A stretch of DNA of 64,000 nucleotides, taken from assembly GCA_944349655.1 (NCBI GenBank), contig CALVNL010000002.1, positions 5,721 to 69,720 on the forward strand. Direction: 5' to 3'. Positions 20,048 to 28,464 of this stretch are shown here, piece by piece. How positions within the stretch are numbered: position 1 is the stretch's first letter; the number at the start of each line of letters is the position of its first letter. The notes beneath the pieces were generated by a model. That model was not told the origin of the DNA, searched no databases, and saw only the letters and a program-made list of their open reading frames with translations. This DNA comes from an uncultured Clostridia bacterium (lineage in GTDB: Bacteria; Bacillota; Clostridia; Christensenellales; DTU072). A program made the position numbers and the translations under genes.

Positions 20048-20086
20048 ACCCCGTTATAATTATATGTAAAAAGTACTTCAAATATA

Positions 20087-20113
20087 TTGACTTTTGTTTT
20101 CGTTTGATATAAT
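20087..20113 (+). promoter_or_regulatory. Candidate promoter for the tRNA-Leu pair
   Basis: TTGACT (20087-92) and an extended -10 TGaTATAAT (20105-13). The spacer is only 15 nt, so confidence is moderate. Confidence 0.45.
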
Positions 20114-20125
20114 ATATATATGCTT

Positions 20126-20208
20126 ACGAGGGTGGCGGAATTGGCAGACGCGCATGATTCAGGTTCATGTTGGTGACAGTGAGGGTTCAAGTCCCTTCCC
20201 TCGTACCA
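20126..20208 (+). tRNA. tRNA-Leu (anticodon CAG), CCA encoded
   Basis: Hand-folded cloverleaf: acceptor ACGAGGG/CCCTCGT, anticodon stem CATGA/TCATG with loop TTCAGGT, a long variable arm, T-arm GAGGG-TTCAAGT-CCCTT, and discriminator A plus CCA. Confidence 0.85.
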
Positions 20209-20216
20209 GATCATAT

Positions 20217-20299
20217 GTGGTCGTGGCGGAATGGCAGACGCGTACGTTTGAGGGGCGTATGGTTAAACCGTGTGGGTTCAAGTCCCATCGACCACACCA
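20217..20299 (+). tRNA. tRNA-Leu (anticodon GAG), CCA encoded
   Basis: Hand-folded cloverleaf: acceptor GTGGTCG/CGACCAC, anticodon stem TACGT/GCGTA with loop TTGAGGG, a long variable arm, T-arm GTGGG-TTCAAGT-CCCAT, and A plus CCA. Confidence 0.85.
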
Positions 20300-20302
20300 A
20301 CA

Positions 20303-20335
20303 AAAACCCATGTTCCTGTATGGAATATGGGTTTT
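20303..20335 (+). terminator. Intrinsic terminator after the tRNA pair
   Basis: Long hairpin AAAACCCATGTTCC-tgtat-GGAATATGGGTTTT ending in a T-run. Confidence 0.75.
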
Positions 20336-20359
20336 ATGTTAAATAATAGGTACTTGATT

Positions 20360-21490
20360 ATGCAGACTAATGTAAAAATCAAACGCTTCGTCTTAGGAAA
20401 CATCGTCACGTTTATTGCTTTACTGGCGGCTACGGTAACCTGTTTCTTTGTTAAACCCGATTCCCAATATCTTTCTTACATAGATTTCCGTACGATTACC
20501 TGTCTGTTTTGTATGATGCTGGTCATAGCGGCTCTGCGTAATATACGATTCTTTCGTATTCTTGCAAAAAAAATCGTCTCGATATTCAAGAATACCCGTT
20601 CTGCGATTATCGCTCTGGTAATAATCACATATATAGGGTCTATGCTGATCGCCAACGATATGGCTCTGATTACTTTTTTGCCGCTCGGATATCTCGTTCT
20701 TTCCGAAACCGACAAAAGCGGATATATGATTTTTACTTTTATAATGCAGAATATCGCAGCCAACCTCGGCGGTATGCTGACGCCTTTCGGAAATCCTCAG
20801 AACTTGTTCTTATATAACTACTTTCATATCCCTACGGGAGAATTTTTTACAATAATGGCGATACCTTTCGCCGTGAGTTTTATATTGCTTGCGATATGTT
20901 GTATTTTTATAAAAAAAGAACCGCTGATCGAACACGGCGTTCCCACTCCTGAAGTTAAACTCGATAAACCCAGGACTATAATTTATTTGACTCTTTTTGC
21001 GTATGCAATAATAATAGTATTCCGCGTGGTCCCCTATTGGACGGGGCTTTTTATGATCCCGATAATATTTATTTTTGACAGAAAAGCCTTGTTCCAGGTG
21101 GACTATATGCTGCTTTTAACATTTGTATTCTTCTTTATATTTGCAGGAAATATGGCGAGAATACCCGTAATAAAAGAGGCTCTCTCCACACTTGTAAACA
21201 AAAACACCTTGCTTACGGGAGTAATAAGCTGTCAGATTATAAGCAACGTTCCGTCATCTATACTGCTCTCGGCTTTCACGACAGACTACAGAGCACTCCT
21301 TATTGCGGTAAATATCGGCGGATGCGGAACCCTGGTTTCCTCTCTGGCAAGTCTGATAACCTTCCGTCATTATTCGGCTTTAGCCAATGCCCGGAAAGGA
21401 AAATATTTGCTATGGTTCCATATAGCAAATTTCGGATTTCTGATAATCCTTACCATAACGGGATTTATTACTCTTCGTTTCCTTTTTTAA
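20360..21490 (+). CDS. Anion permease of the ArsB/NhaD/CitMHS (SLC13-like) superfamily
   Basis: Polytopic membrane protein with the GNPQNLFLY motif. The ATG at 20360 is chosen because the longer track ORF (from 20270) overlaps the tRNA gene and its terminator. Confidence 0.65.
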   Translation: MQTNVKIKRFVLGNIVTFIALLAATVTCFFVKPDSQYLSYIDFRTITCLFCMMLVIAALRNIRFFRILAKKIVSIFKNTRSAIIALVIITYIGSMLIANDMALITFLPLGYLVLSETDKSGYMIFTFIMQNIAANLGGMLTPFGNPQNLFLYNYFHIPTGEFFTIMAIPFAVSFILLAICCIFIKKEPLIEHGVPTPEVKLDKPRTIIYLTLFAYAIIIVFRVVPYWTGLFMIPIIFIFDRKALFQVDYMLLLTFVFFFIFAGNMARIPVIKEALSTLVNKNTLLTGVISCQIISNVPSSILLSAFTTDYRALLIAVNIGGCGTLVSSLASLITFRHYSALANARKGKYLLWFHIANFGFLIILTITGFITLRFLF

Positions 21491-21502
21491 TTAAGTTGTA
21501 AT

Positions 21503-22441
21503 TTAATTTACGACGTTAATCGGTTGTCCCGCTATAAAAGACGAAACGTTGCGTAACGTTATTGCGCTAAGTCTTCGTCTGGCGTCCAAACTTGCCCACG
21601 CTATGTGCGGAGTAATTATACAATTTTTTAATCCTATAAGGCAATTCCCTTCCGTAGGAGGTTCTTTATCCAGAACGTCCAGCCCTGCCCCTGCAATAAT
21701 TCCGTCTTTAAGCGCATTTTTCAAATCCTCTTCCTCTATTAAAGCCCCTCTCGCCGTATTTATCAGGAAGGCCGTGGGTTTCATCATCGAAAGCGTCTTC
21801 TTATTTATAAATTTTTTATTTTGGTCGGTTAAAGGACAATGTAAACTTACTACGTCCGACTGCGTCAGAACTTCTTCCAAAGACACGCTCGAAGGAAAAG
21901 GAGTACGATTGTTTACAAGCACTTTCATTCCCAACGCTTCAGCGACTTTAGCTACAGATTTTCCGATACTTCCGTAGCCAATAATACCGAATACTTTTCC
22001 GCTTAATTCCGTTAAAGGATTAAGCCAGTAGCAGAAATCCTTACTTTTACTCCATTCTCCGGATTGTACCGAAGTATTGTGATCTCCGGTGCGGGAACAC
22101 AATTCCAAAAGTAACGCGAAAGTATGCTGAACAACGCTCGGAGTACTGTAGGAAGGCACATTACAAACGGTTATACCTTTTGTACGCGCGTATTCGCAAT
22201 CGACAACGTTATAGCCCGTGGCAAGCACCGAAATGAGTTTAAGATCGGGACAGGCGTCGATAACGGTTTTATCTATAACGGTTTTATTCGTGAGAACTAT
22301 CTCCGCATCTCCTATTCTTTCCGCCGTTAATGACGACGGAGTTCTTTCGTAAAATTCAACTGTCCCGTATTCTTTTAACGCTTCAAAACTTAAATCGGTA
22401 TTGAAAAGAGTATATCCATCCAGAATAACGATTTTTTTCAT
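21503..22441 (-). CDS. D-isomer-specific 2-hydroxyacid dehydrogenase (glycerate dehydrogenase/hydroxypyruvate reductase-like)
   Basis: It has the Rossmann motif GIIGYGSIGKSVA, then ARGALI...GAGLDV...PHIAW, the catalytic R/E/H pattern of the D-2-HADH family. Confidence 0.8.
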   Translation of the reverse strand: MKKIVILDGYTLFNTDLSFEALKEYGTVEFYERTPSSLTAERIGDAEIVLTNKTVIDKTVIDACPDLKLISVLATGYNVVDCEYARTKGITVCNVPSYSTPSVVQHTFALLLELCSRTGDHNTSVQSGEWSKSKDFCYWLNPLTELSGKVFGIIGYGSIGKSVAKVAEALGMKVLVNNRTPFPSSVSLEEVLTQSDVVSLHCPLTDQNKKFINKKTLSMMKPTAFLINTARGALIEEEDLKNALKDGIIAGAGLDVLDKEPPTEGNCLIGLKNCIITPHIAWASLDARRRLSAITLRNVSSFIAGQPINVVN

Positions 22442-22455
22442 AAAACCCTCCGTAT

Positions 22456-22486
22456 AAAAAGAAAGCGGGCATAAAAAGCCCGCTTT
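22456..22486 (-). terminator. Intrinsic terminator closing the transketolase/aminotransferase operon
   Basis: Stem AAAGCGGGC (22462-70) / GCCCGCTTT (22478-86). The T-rich tract on the minus strand is the complement of 22456-22464. Confidence 0.7.
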
Positions 22487-22499
22487 TCTATTTTTGAAA

Positions 22500-23321
22500 T
22501 TATTTTAGATATTGCCCCTGAGCATAGTACCCTACAAGCATCATAAGCGAACCCAAAGTTCCGCCGAATTCCGGCGCGCCTTCGATAATAAGGTATCCTT
22601 CCTTCATATATTCAATCATATCTCCCTTGCTCATAAGTATATCGAGAGCGTGGACGGTATTATCGAATTTCATAGTAAGGAAAGGCTTGCATCTGGGATA
22701 TTCTCCTCTCCCGGCTTTACTGTTTCCCGCCTTGATGCGTAACCACGCCTGTAATTCGGGATAACCTATAACCGCATAAGCGTAAGCTCTGTCGGGACTG
22801 GGCTCGGTAAAAGCCTTGACTTCAGGGTGTCCCATCTTGTTCAACTGGCTTATTCCGACGGAAAGCAGGTAGAAATATAATTTTACCAGTAATTCCTTAT
22901 CGAAGTCTTTTTGCGGCGGGTTCTTTGCCTGCAGCAAACCTGCCATTCTGAGTAAAGTGAGCAGAATCGGAACGAAAATTCCTAATTTCGATATACCTTT
23001 TATCTTCGGTAAAGGCATACCTTTCCCGGAGAAAAAGATAACGAATTTCCGAAGATTCGGGAAAATAAACTCCAGATCGGGATTATCGTGAACTTTATTT
23101 ACGAAAACATTCCAAACGCCGTCCTCCACTACGAAATGTGTGGCGGTCTTTTCTCCGTTTTCACCGGTGATTGCGCTCACTTGAAATACAAAACTTTTCC
23201 CTTTGAATTTTTCCCCGTATTTAGGTTCGGATTCGGCTATTACTTTAAGCAAAGGCAATGCGGCATTAAAAAATATTCCCGCAGCATATTTGTCTTCTTG
23301 GGTAATAACATTCATCGCCAT
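22500..23321 (-). CDS. Uncharacterised protein with two SCP2-like modules (paralog of 26521..27276)
   Basis: 273 aa. The C-terminal segment KPFLTMKFDNTVHALDILMSKGDMIEYMKEGYLIIEGAPEFGGTLGSLMML follows the SCP2 pattern (..F..l..Gk.d...a...G.l.i.Gd......l). An N-terminal module shows a similar pattern. No catalytic motif was recognised. Confidence 0.45.
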   Translation of the reverse strand: MAMNVITQEDKYAAGIFFNAALPLLKVIAESEPKYGEKFKGKSFVFQVSAITGENGEKTATHFVVEDGVWNVFVNKVHDNPDLEFIFPNLRKFVIFFSGKGMPLPKIKGISKLGIFVPILLTLLRMAGLLQAKNPPQKDFDKELLVKLYFYLLSVGISQLNKMGHPEVKAFTEPSPDRAYAYAVIGYPELQAWLRIKAGNSKAGRGEYPRCKPFLTMKFDNTVHALDILMSKGDMIEYMKEGYLIIEGAPEFGGTLGSLMMLVGYYAQGQYLK

Positions 23322-23324
23322 AAT

Positions 23325-24335
23325 TTACACCTCGTCGCTCCAATCTTCATTTACTTCGAAGTCCTGTTTCATAATATCGAGAACGTTCTTTACTATTCCG
23401 TTGGCGTCTATTTCGTACATAGCCATAAGATCTTCGTGCAATCCTATGGCGGAGAAATGATCCTGAAGTCCGAGTCTTCTGAACGCACAAGCTTTTCCGC
23501 TTTCCACCACGACTTCGGCAACTGCGCTTCCGAGTCCCCCTATTACGGTATGGTCTTCAACGGTGATTATTCTTCTGGTATCGTTAACCGCCTTAAGAAT
23601 GGCTTCTTTATCGATAGGTTTCAAAGTATGCATATTCAATACTCTGACCTTAATCTTATGATCGTAATCGAGGATTTTTGCCGCCTGAATAGCCTGATAA
23701 ACGCAAGCTCCGCAAGCAATTACGGTAATATCCGTACCTTCGTTCATTACGACAGCTTTGCCGACTTCGAAACCGTAATCGTCGGTATTGTAAACCACCT
23801 GGTCGAAGCCTCTGTTAATTCTGATATAGAAAGGTCCGGGAGTGGCTGCGGCGGCTCTGACCGCAAGACCTGTTTCTATTCCGTCTGCAGGACAGATAAG
23901 CGTCATATTTACCAAGCCGCGAATCACCGCAAAATCTTCTATTGCGTGATGAGTAGAACCCGCCTGTCCGAAGCTGGTTCCGCCGTGCGTTCCGATGATT
24001 TTGACGTCGAGGTTCTGATAGCAAAGATCGGTATGAATCTGATCCAATGCTCTTAAACTTGCAAAAACAGAGAAAGACGAAGCAAAAGGAATAAATCCGC
24101 ATTTTGCCAGTCCCGCCGCCACGCCGTACATATTTTGTTCGGCTATACCGACGTTAAAAATTCTTTCGGGGAATTTGTCTCCGAAATCGCCTATTTTGGT
24201 GGAGCCTTTCAAATCCGCAGTCAAAGCAACGATATTGGGATTTTTTTCTCCGAGTTCGCACAAAGTTTTTCCGTATATTTCGGAAGTGGATAATTTACTG
24301 CTCTCCACCGCAGTGTAAGTCAATCCTCCAGCCAT
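23325..24335 (-). CDS. Transketolase C-terminal subunit (pyrimidine-binding plus C-terminal domains)
   Basis: Contains FNVGIAEQNMYGVAAGLA and GGTSFGQAGSTHHAIED. The ATG at 24335 (MAGGLTY) has GGAGG upstream and lies 1 nt after the N-subunit stop. Confidence 0.88.
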   Translation of the reverse strand: MAGGLTYTAVESSKLSTSEIYGKTLCELGEKNPNIVALTADLKGSTKIGDFGDKFPERIFNVGIAEQNMYGVAAGLAKCGFIPFASSFSVFASLRALDQIHTDLCYQNLDVKIIGTHGGTSFGQAGSTHHAIEDFAVIRGLVNMTLICPADGIETGLAVRAAAATPGPFYIRINRGFDQVVYNTDDYGFEVGKAVVMNEGTDITVIACGACVYQAIQAAKILDYDHKIKVRVLNMHTLKPIDKEAILKAVNDTRRIITVEDHTVIGGLGSAVAEVVVESGKACAFRRLGLQDHFSAIGLHEDLMAMYEIDANGIVKNVLDIMKQDFEVNEDWSDEV

Positions 24336-24336
24336 A

Positions 24337-25206
24337 TTATTTTGCCTCCTTTTCCACAAACGCAATTCTTTCGGCGTAATATTTATCCAGGTCTTTCATT
24401 GCGAGAGCGAATTTGTCATCGTCAATAGCGCCGTAATGCCACTTGTAATTCCCTGCCATATAGCTTATCCCCTGTCCTTTTACGGTATCGGCTATAATAC
24501 AAACCGGCTTTTCCTTTGCGTTAATAGCGTATTCTATAGCTTCGCATATTTCATCGAAACGATGTCCGTTTATTACTTTCACGTCGAAACCAAAGGCCTT
24601 CCATTTGTCGGCGAAGGGTTCCAACGCCATAACGTCCTCTGTGTTTCCGTCTATCATATTGTGGTTTCTGTCAACGATGGTAATAACGTTGTTGGCCTTG
24701 AAGTGAGCGGTCGCCATAGCAGCTTCCCACACCGAACCTTCGTCACATTCACCATCTCCCAAAAGCAAGTATGTTTTGTAGCTTTGATTACGAAGTTTGG
24801 CTGCCAGCGCCATTCCGAGAGCAATCGACGACCCGTGTCCGAGAGAACCGGTAGATGCGTCCAGTCCCGGAACTTTGTTGCAGTCGAGGTGGATACCGAG
24901 TTTGCTTCCGGTATGATTGAAAGTCTTAAGATCTTCTCTGTCTATAAGCCCGAGATCGGCGAACATCGCCGCAATGGCAAGACCTATATGACCCTTACTT
25001 ATAACGCAGCGGTCACGTTCGGGATCCGTAGGATTTTTCGGATCGAAATTCATATATTTGTAATACAAAGCGACCATCACGTCTATCGCGCTCATGCAAC
25101 CGCCGATATGACCGCTTCCTGCCCAATGGGTTGTTTCCAGAATAAGTTTGCGGAGTTCGCCCGCTTTCTCTTCCAGCTTCAGCCATTCTTGTTTTGTCAA
25201 AGCCAT
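24337..25206 (-). CDS. Transketolase N-terminal (TPP-binding) subunit
   Basis: Contains GSGHIGGCMSAIDVMVALYY, SKGH, and GDGECDEGSVWEA followed by VDRN (TPP/Mg motif). The ATG at 25206 (MALTKQEW) is preceded by AGGAGG. Confidence 0.88.
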   Translation of the reverse strand: MALTKQEWLKLEEKAGELRKLILETTHWAGSGHIGGCMSAIDVMVALYYKYMNFDPKNPTDPERDRCVISKGHIGLAIAAMFADLGLIDREDLKTFNHTGSKLGIHLDCNKVPGLDASTGSLGHGSSIALGMALAAKLRNQSYKTYLLLGDGECDEGSVWEAAMATAHFKANNVITIVDRNHNMIDGNTEDVMALEPFADKWKAFGFDVKVINGHRFDEICEAIEYAINAKEKPVCIIADTVKGQGISYMAGNYKWHYGAIDDDKFALAMKDLDKYYAERIAFVEKEAK

Positions 25207-25245
25207 CTTTAATATATCCTCCTGTTTTGTAAACAAAAATTGTTA

Positions 25246-26511
25246 TCAATGAAAATCCGGTCTGTTTTTCCTGACCGCTTTATAAGCTTCATCTGCAACG
25301 TCCAGAGTAAACTGTATATCTTCGTCGCTTAAAGCCGCGTTTATAAAATGATTGTGGTGACTTGTAAAGAAAACTCCTCTCTTTACGCATTCGGCAACCC
25401 ATTCCTGATGAACCATAGTAGTGTAATCGTTATTCAGCCTCATAAACCACATAGCCGGTTCACCGCTTATGATAAGATCAAAACCATTAGACGCGGCGAC
25501 TTCCTTGAGTCCGGACTGTAATTTTTCACCCTTTGCTTTCAACGCCTTATGAATTTCCATTTCCCTCATTTTTTTAATACAGGCAATCCCCGCAGCAAAA
25601 GGCTCTGCACTCATCCAGTAACTTCCTGTATAATAAACGTCGGTAGCGTATCCTTTCAATGCCTGAATACCGCAAAGAGCCGAAACGTTATAGCCGTTTG
25701 CCAGGGCTTTACAGAAACATTCGAGGTCGGCTTTTACGCCGTAATGATAATCGCTCCCCTTTACGTCCAGACGGAATCCGCATCTTATATCGTCGAAAAT
25801 AAGGACAATACCGTTCTCGTCGCAAATTTTTCGCACTTCCTTGTACCAGTTCTCGTTCGGCAATGCGTTATCCTCAAAAATGGGATGATGGTAAGGAGTG
25901 GTAATAAAGCAAGCTATTTCTCCCTTATTTTCTTCCACTACCCGTTTGAAATCCTCTATGTCGTTAAATTTGCAATACAGATTATTGCAGACGTCTTCAT
26001 AAATTATTCCGCCGTAACCGTATTTCTGAGTCCAAGGAGCCACTCCGTGATAACTGCCTTTCAGCATCAGGATTTTTTTACGCTGTGTGGCCTGTCTTGC
26101 TATCATGACGGCAAAACTCGTAACGTCGCCTCCGTTTTTGGCAAAGAAAGCCCAATCTGCCATTTCCACGGTATCGACGAGCAACTCGGCAAAAGGAACA
26201 AGCACGTCGCCGGGTACGGTGGTACAATTTCCTCTTTTTAACTGAGCAGCCGCCGCAGCGTCTACGTCGGGATCGTTATATCCTAAAATATTAGGTCCGT
26301 ACGCGCACATATAATCTACGAAACGATTTCCGTCCACGTCCCAGAAATAAGCTCCCTGCGCTCTGTCGGCAAATATGGGATAAGCGGAAATGGGAATGGC
26401 GCATCCTTCGCTGGGTCCGAGATGCCCGTAGACTCCTCCGGGTATAACTTTCACAGCTCTTTGAAACAATTCGCCGCTTTTTGTATATTGATTTATTTTG
26501 AATTCTCCCAT
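25246..26511 (-). CDS. Class III PLP aminotransferase, glutamate-1-semialdehyde 2,1-aminomutase (HemL)-like
   Basis: Contains VIPGGV..., SYHG and DDIRCGFRL, with a putative PLP lysine in FCKALANGYNVSA. No other heme biosynthesis genes are nearby. Confidence 0.75.
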   Translation of the reverse strand: MGEFKINQYTKSGELFQRAVKVIPGGVYGHLGPSEGCAIPISAYPIFADRAQGAYFWDVDGNRFVDYMCAYGPNILGYNDPDVDAAAAAQLKRGNCTTVPGDVLVPFAELLVDTVEMADWAFFAKNGGDVTSFAVMIARQATQRKKILMLKGSYHGVAPWTQKYGYGGIIYEDVCNNLYCKFNDIEDFKRVVEENKGEIACFITTPYHHPIFEDNALPNENWYKEVRKICDENGIVLIFDDIRCGFRLDVKGSDYHYGVKADLECFCKALANGYNVSALCGIQALKGYATDVYYTGSYWMSAEPFAAGIACIKKMREMEIHKALKAKGEKLQSGLKEVAASNGFDLIISGEPAMWFMRLNNDYTTMVHQEWVAECVKRGVFFTSHHNHFINAALSDEDIQFTLDVADEAYKAVRKNRPDFH

Positions 26512-26520
26512 ATCGCCTCC

Positions 26521-27276
26521 TTATTTCAAATAAAATCCGACCTGGCTTAAAATTTTACTCATATTGTCAAGCATAGGCAGGCAACCCTTTATGGCAAAAT
26601 TTCCACTGCCGAGATTGGAGAAAATATCGCTTTTTCCGCTCAATACGTCGTTGGCTGTCTGCAGACTTCCGAAAGTCATACAAGCTCTGGGATTGTCCGT
26701 TGTGCCTATTTTCGCCGAAAGACGATGGTTTTTATCGACTGCGATAACCATTGAGGGACCGTCGTTAACGGTAAGAAGTATTTCTCCTTCGGGAATACGA
26801 GAGGCATTGCAACGACCTTTGAACTCGCTGTTCCCGATTTCACAGAGAGCAAAAAAGGCAGTATAAGCTGTAAGATAAGTATTTATGCGGAAATATTTTT
26901 CATCTGCGAGAAGTTCTTCGGTAGGTTTAAGGTAGTACGAAAGCCTTTCCGCCAACTTAGTGAAAGTATTCAACAGAAATCCTACTTTGAAAACATTTAT
27001 AAAAATCGGTATGGTTTTTTCGCCGTCAATCAGACTATTGAAATGTTCGGGCGAAACAAACCAAAGCGTAAGTCCTGCAAACTTCTTTCCGGTAAAGAAT
27101 TTGCATTGTCCGTTTGCAAACGCCAGCGTAGCCGAACCTACTTCAGGCACCACGAACCGTACCGTAAGTTTAACGTCTTTAATCAGGTTGTGGGCGACTT
27201 CGTCCATTGAACATAATTCCTGAAAGTTACGCAGAACGGCAAACAGATTGATTTTCGCTTTGGTTACGTTATCCAT
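26521..27276 (-). CDS. Uncharacterised protein with two SCP2-like modules (paralog of 22500..23321)
   Basis: 251 aa. The C-terminal segment ACMTFGSLQTANDVLSGKSDIFSNLGSGNFAIKGCLPMLDNMSKIL follows the SCP2 pattern. Domain order and the terminal ...YLK are shared with the 273-aa protein. Confidence 0.45.
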   Translation of the reverse strand: MDNVTKAKINLFAVLRNFQELCSMDEVAHNLIKDVKLTVRFVVPEVGSATLAFANGQCKFFTGKKFAGLTLWFVSPEHFNSLIDGEKTIPIFINVFKVGFLLNTFTKLAERLSYYLKPTEELLADEKYFRINTYLTAYTAFFALCEIGNSEFKGRCNASRIPEGEILLTVNDGPSMVIAVDKNHRLSAKIGTTDNPRACMTFGSLQTANDVLSGKSDIFSNLGSGNFAIKGCLPMLDNMSKILSQVGFYLK

Positions 27277-27316
27277 ATTCTGCCTCCTGTGAAATAGAAA
27301 TAAAAATAGTATTTAT

Positions 27317-27345
27317 ATAATAGCATTAAATAAGCCATTTTACAA
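27317..27345 (-). promoter_or_regulatory. Candidate promoter of the five-gene operon
   Basis: On the minus strand, TTGTAA (27345..27340), a 17-nt spacer and TATTAT (27322..27317). Confidence 0.4.
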
Positions 27346-27417
27346 TAGTAAAAGACCAATTGAAATGATTTTTTTTGAAAATCGACTTATGCTGCCGGCA
27401 ATATGCGGGCGTTAAAG

Positions 27418-28464
27418 CTAAAAATACACTCTTTCGGCTCTTAAAGCCAAGTTACAAAGAAATTCGTAAAAAAATCCCCCGAAAGTATCGTTCACGGTAT
27501 TTGCGTTTATAGAGTTTCCGAACAGCACCGCTCTGTCTCCCCGGCGAACGGCCATATCCGAAACGTCCGCCATAAAGTAATCCATGCAAACCCTGCCCTT
27601 CACGAACGCCTTTTTCCCGTTTATCGCAACAAAAGATCTGTTGGAAAACGCTATCGGATATCCGTCGCCGTATCCACAGGAAATCACCGCGTATTTTCCG
27701 TCTTCGGATGCGGTATAAGTAGCCGAATAACCTATACTCTCTCCCCTTTTTATATCTTTGACCTGAACGACGGAAGCGGTTACTTCAAGCACGTTTTCCA
27801 AAACGTCCGCCGACCCGTTTCCACCGTACAATCCTATTCCGGTTCTGAACATATTTCCGGTTCGGTAACCGTTCAAAACCGCGTCTGTATTATCCGCGTG
27901 AATTAAAAGCTCACTGTTTCCGCTATTGCATTTCGACAATAAGTTTCCGAATGTTTGGCTTTGAGCTTCTATCCTTTCGGCGGAAGCGTAATGTGTGAAA
28001 AAACCGCGAACCGTCGTAGACAGTAATGCTAATGTTTTTTTTAGCTCTTCACTTTGTTCGTGTCGAAACCCCAACCTGTTCATTCCCGTATCCAACGCAA
28101 TGTGACATCCTATTTCACGTTGTCCCGAAAACGAATGTATTTTTTTTGCCGTTTCATAATCGTAAACCGTGGTTTCAAGGTTATAAAAAATCAAATCGGA
28201 AAATTTATTATCGGGAACGTAGCCAAGAACCAAAATAGGTTTTTTTATTCCTTTTTTCCTTAAAGCCACCCCTTCTTCAACTGTCGCGACACCGAAATAA
28301 TCAACCTTTTCTTCGAGAAAAGACGCTATTGTCTCCGCTCCGAGTCCGTATGCGTCGGCTTTTACCACCGCCATACCTTTCCCTCCGTGCAAAGTTTTCA
28401 GGCGATCGAAATTTCTTCCTATGGCATTAAGATCGATTTTAATTTCCACCCTGTTTCCGTTCAT
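27418..28464 (-). CDS. alr: Alanine racemase
   Basis: It has the PLP-lysine motif VVKADAYGLGA and the C-terminal VCMDYFMADV. The start is ambiguous (ATG at 28464 or GTG at 28473), and both overlap the end of dat. Confidence 0.9.
   Translation of the reverse strand: MNGNRVEIKIDLNAIGRNFDRLKTLHGGKGMAVVKADAYGLGAETIASFLEEKVDYFGVATVEEGVALRKKGIKKPILVLGYVPDNKFSDLIFYNLETTVYDYETAKKIHSFSGQREIGCHIALDTGMNRLGFRHEQSEELKKTLALLSTTVRGFFTHYASAERIEAQSQTFGNLLSKCNSGNSELLIHADNTDAVLNGYRTGNMFRTGIGLYGGNGSADVLENVLEVTASVVQVKDIKRGESIGYSATYTASEDGKYAVISCGYGDGYPIAFSNRSFVAINGKKAFVKGRVCMDYFMADVSDMAVRRGDRAVLFGNSINANTVNDTFGGFFYEFLCNLALRAERVYF

Noticed and set aside
20002-20359. ORFs overlapping the tRNA-Leu genes (20002..20214 minus, 20094..20342 plus, and the N-terminal 30 codons of 20270..21490)
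   Set aside because: Both sequences fold into canonical class II tRNA cloverleaves followed by a strong terminator, so protein coding there is implausible. The permease start was moved to 20360.
23088-25212. Long plus-strand ORFs (322 aa at 23088..24056 and 258 aa at 24436..25212)
   Set aside because: They lie antisense to the clearly recognisable transketolase subunit genes. They have no recognisable motifs and the composition typical of shadow ORFs.
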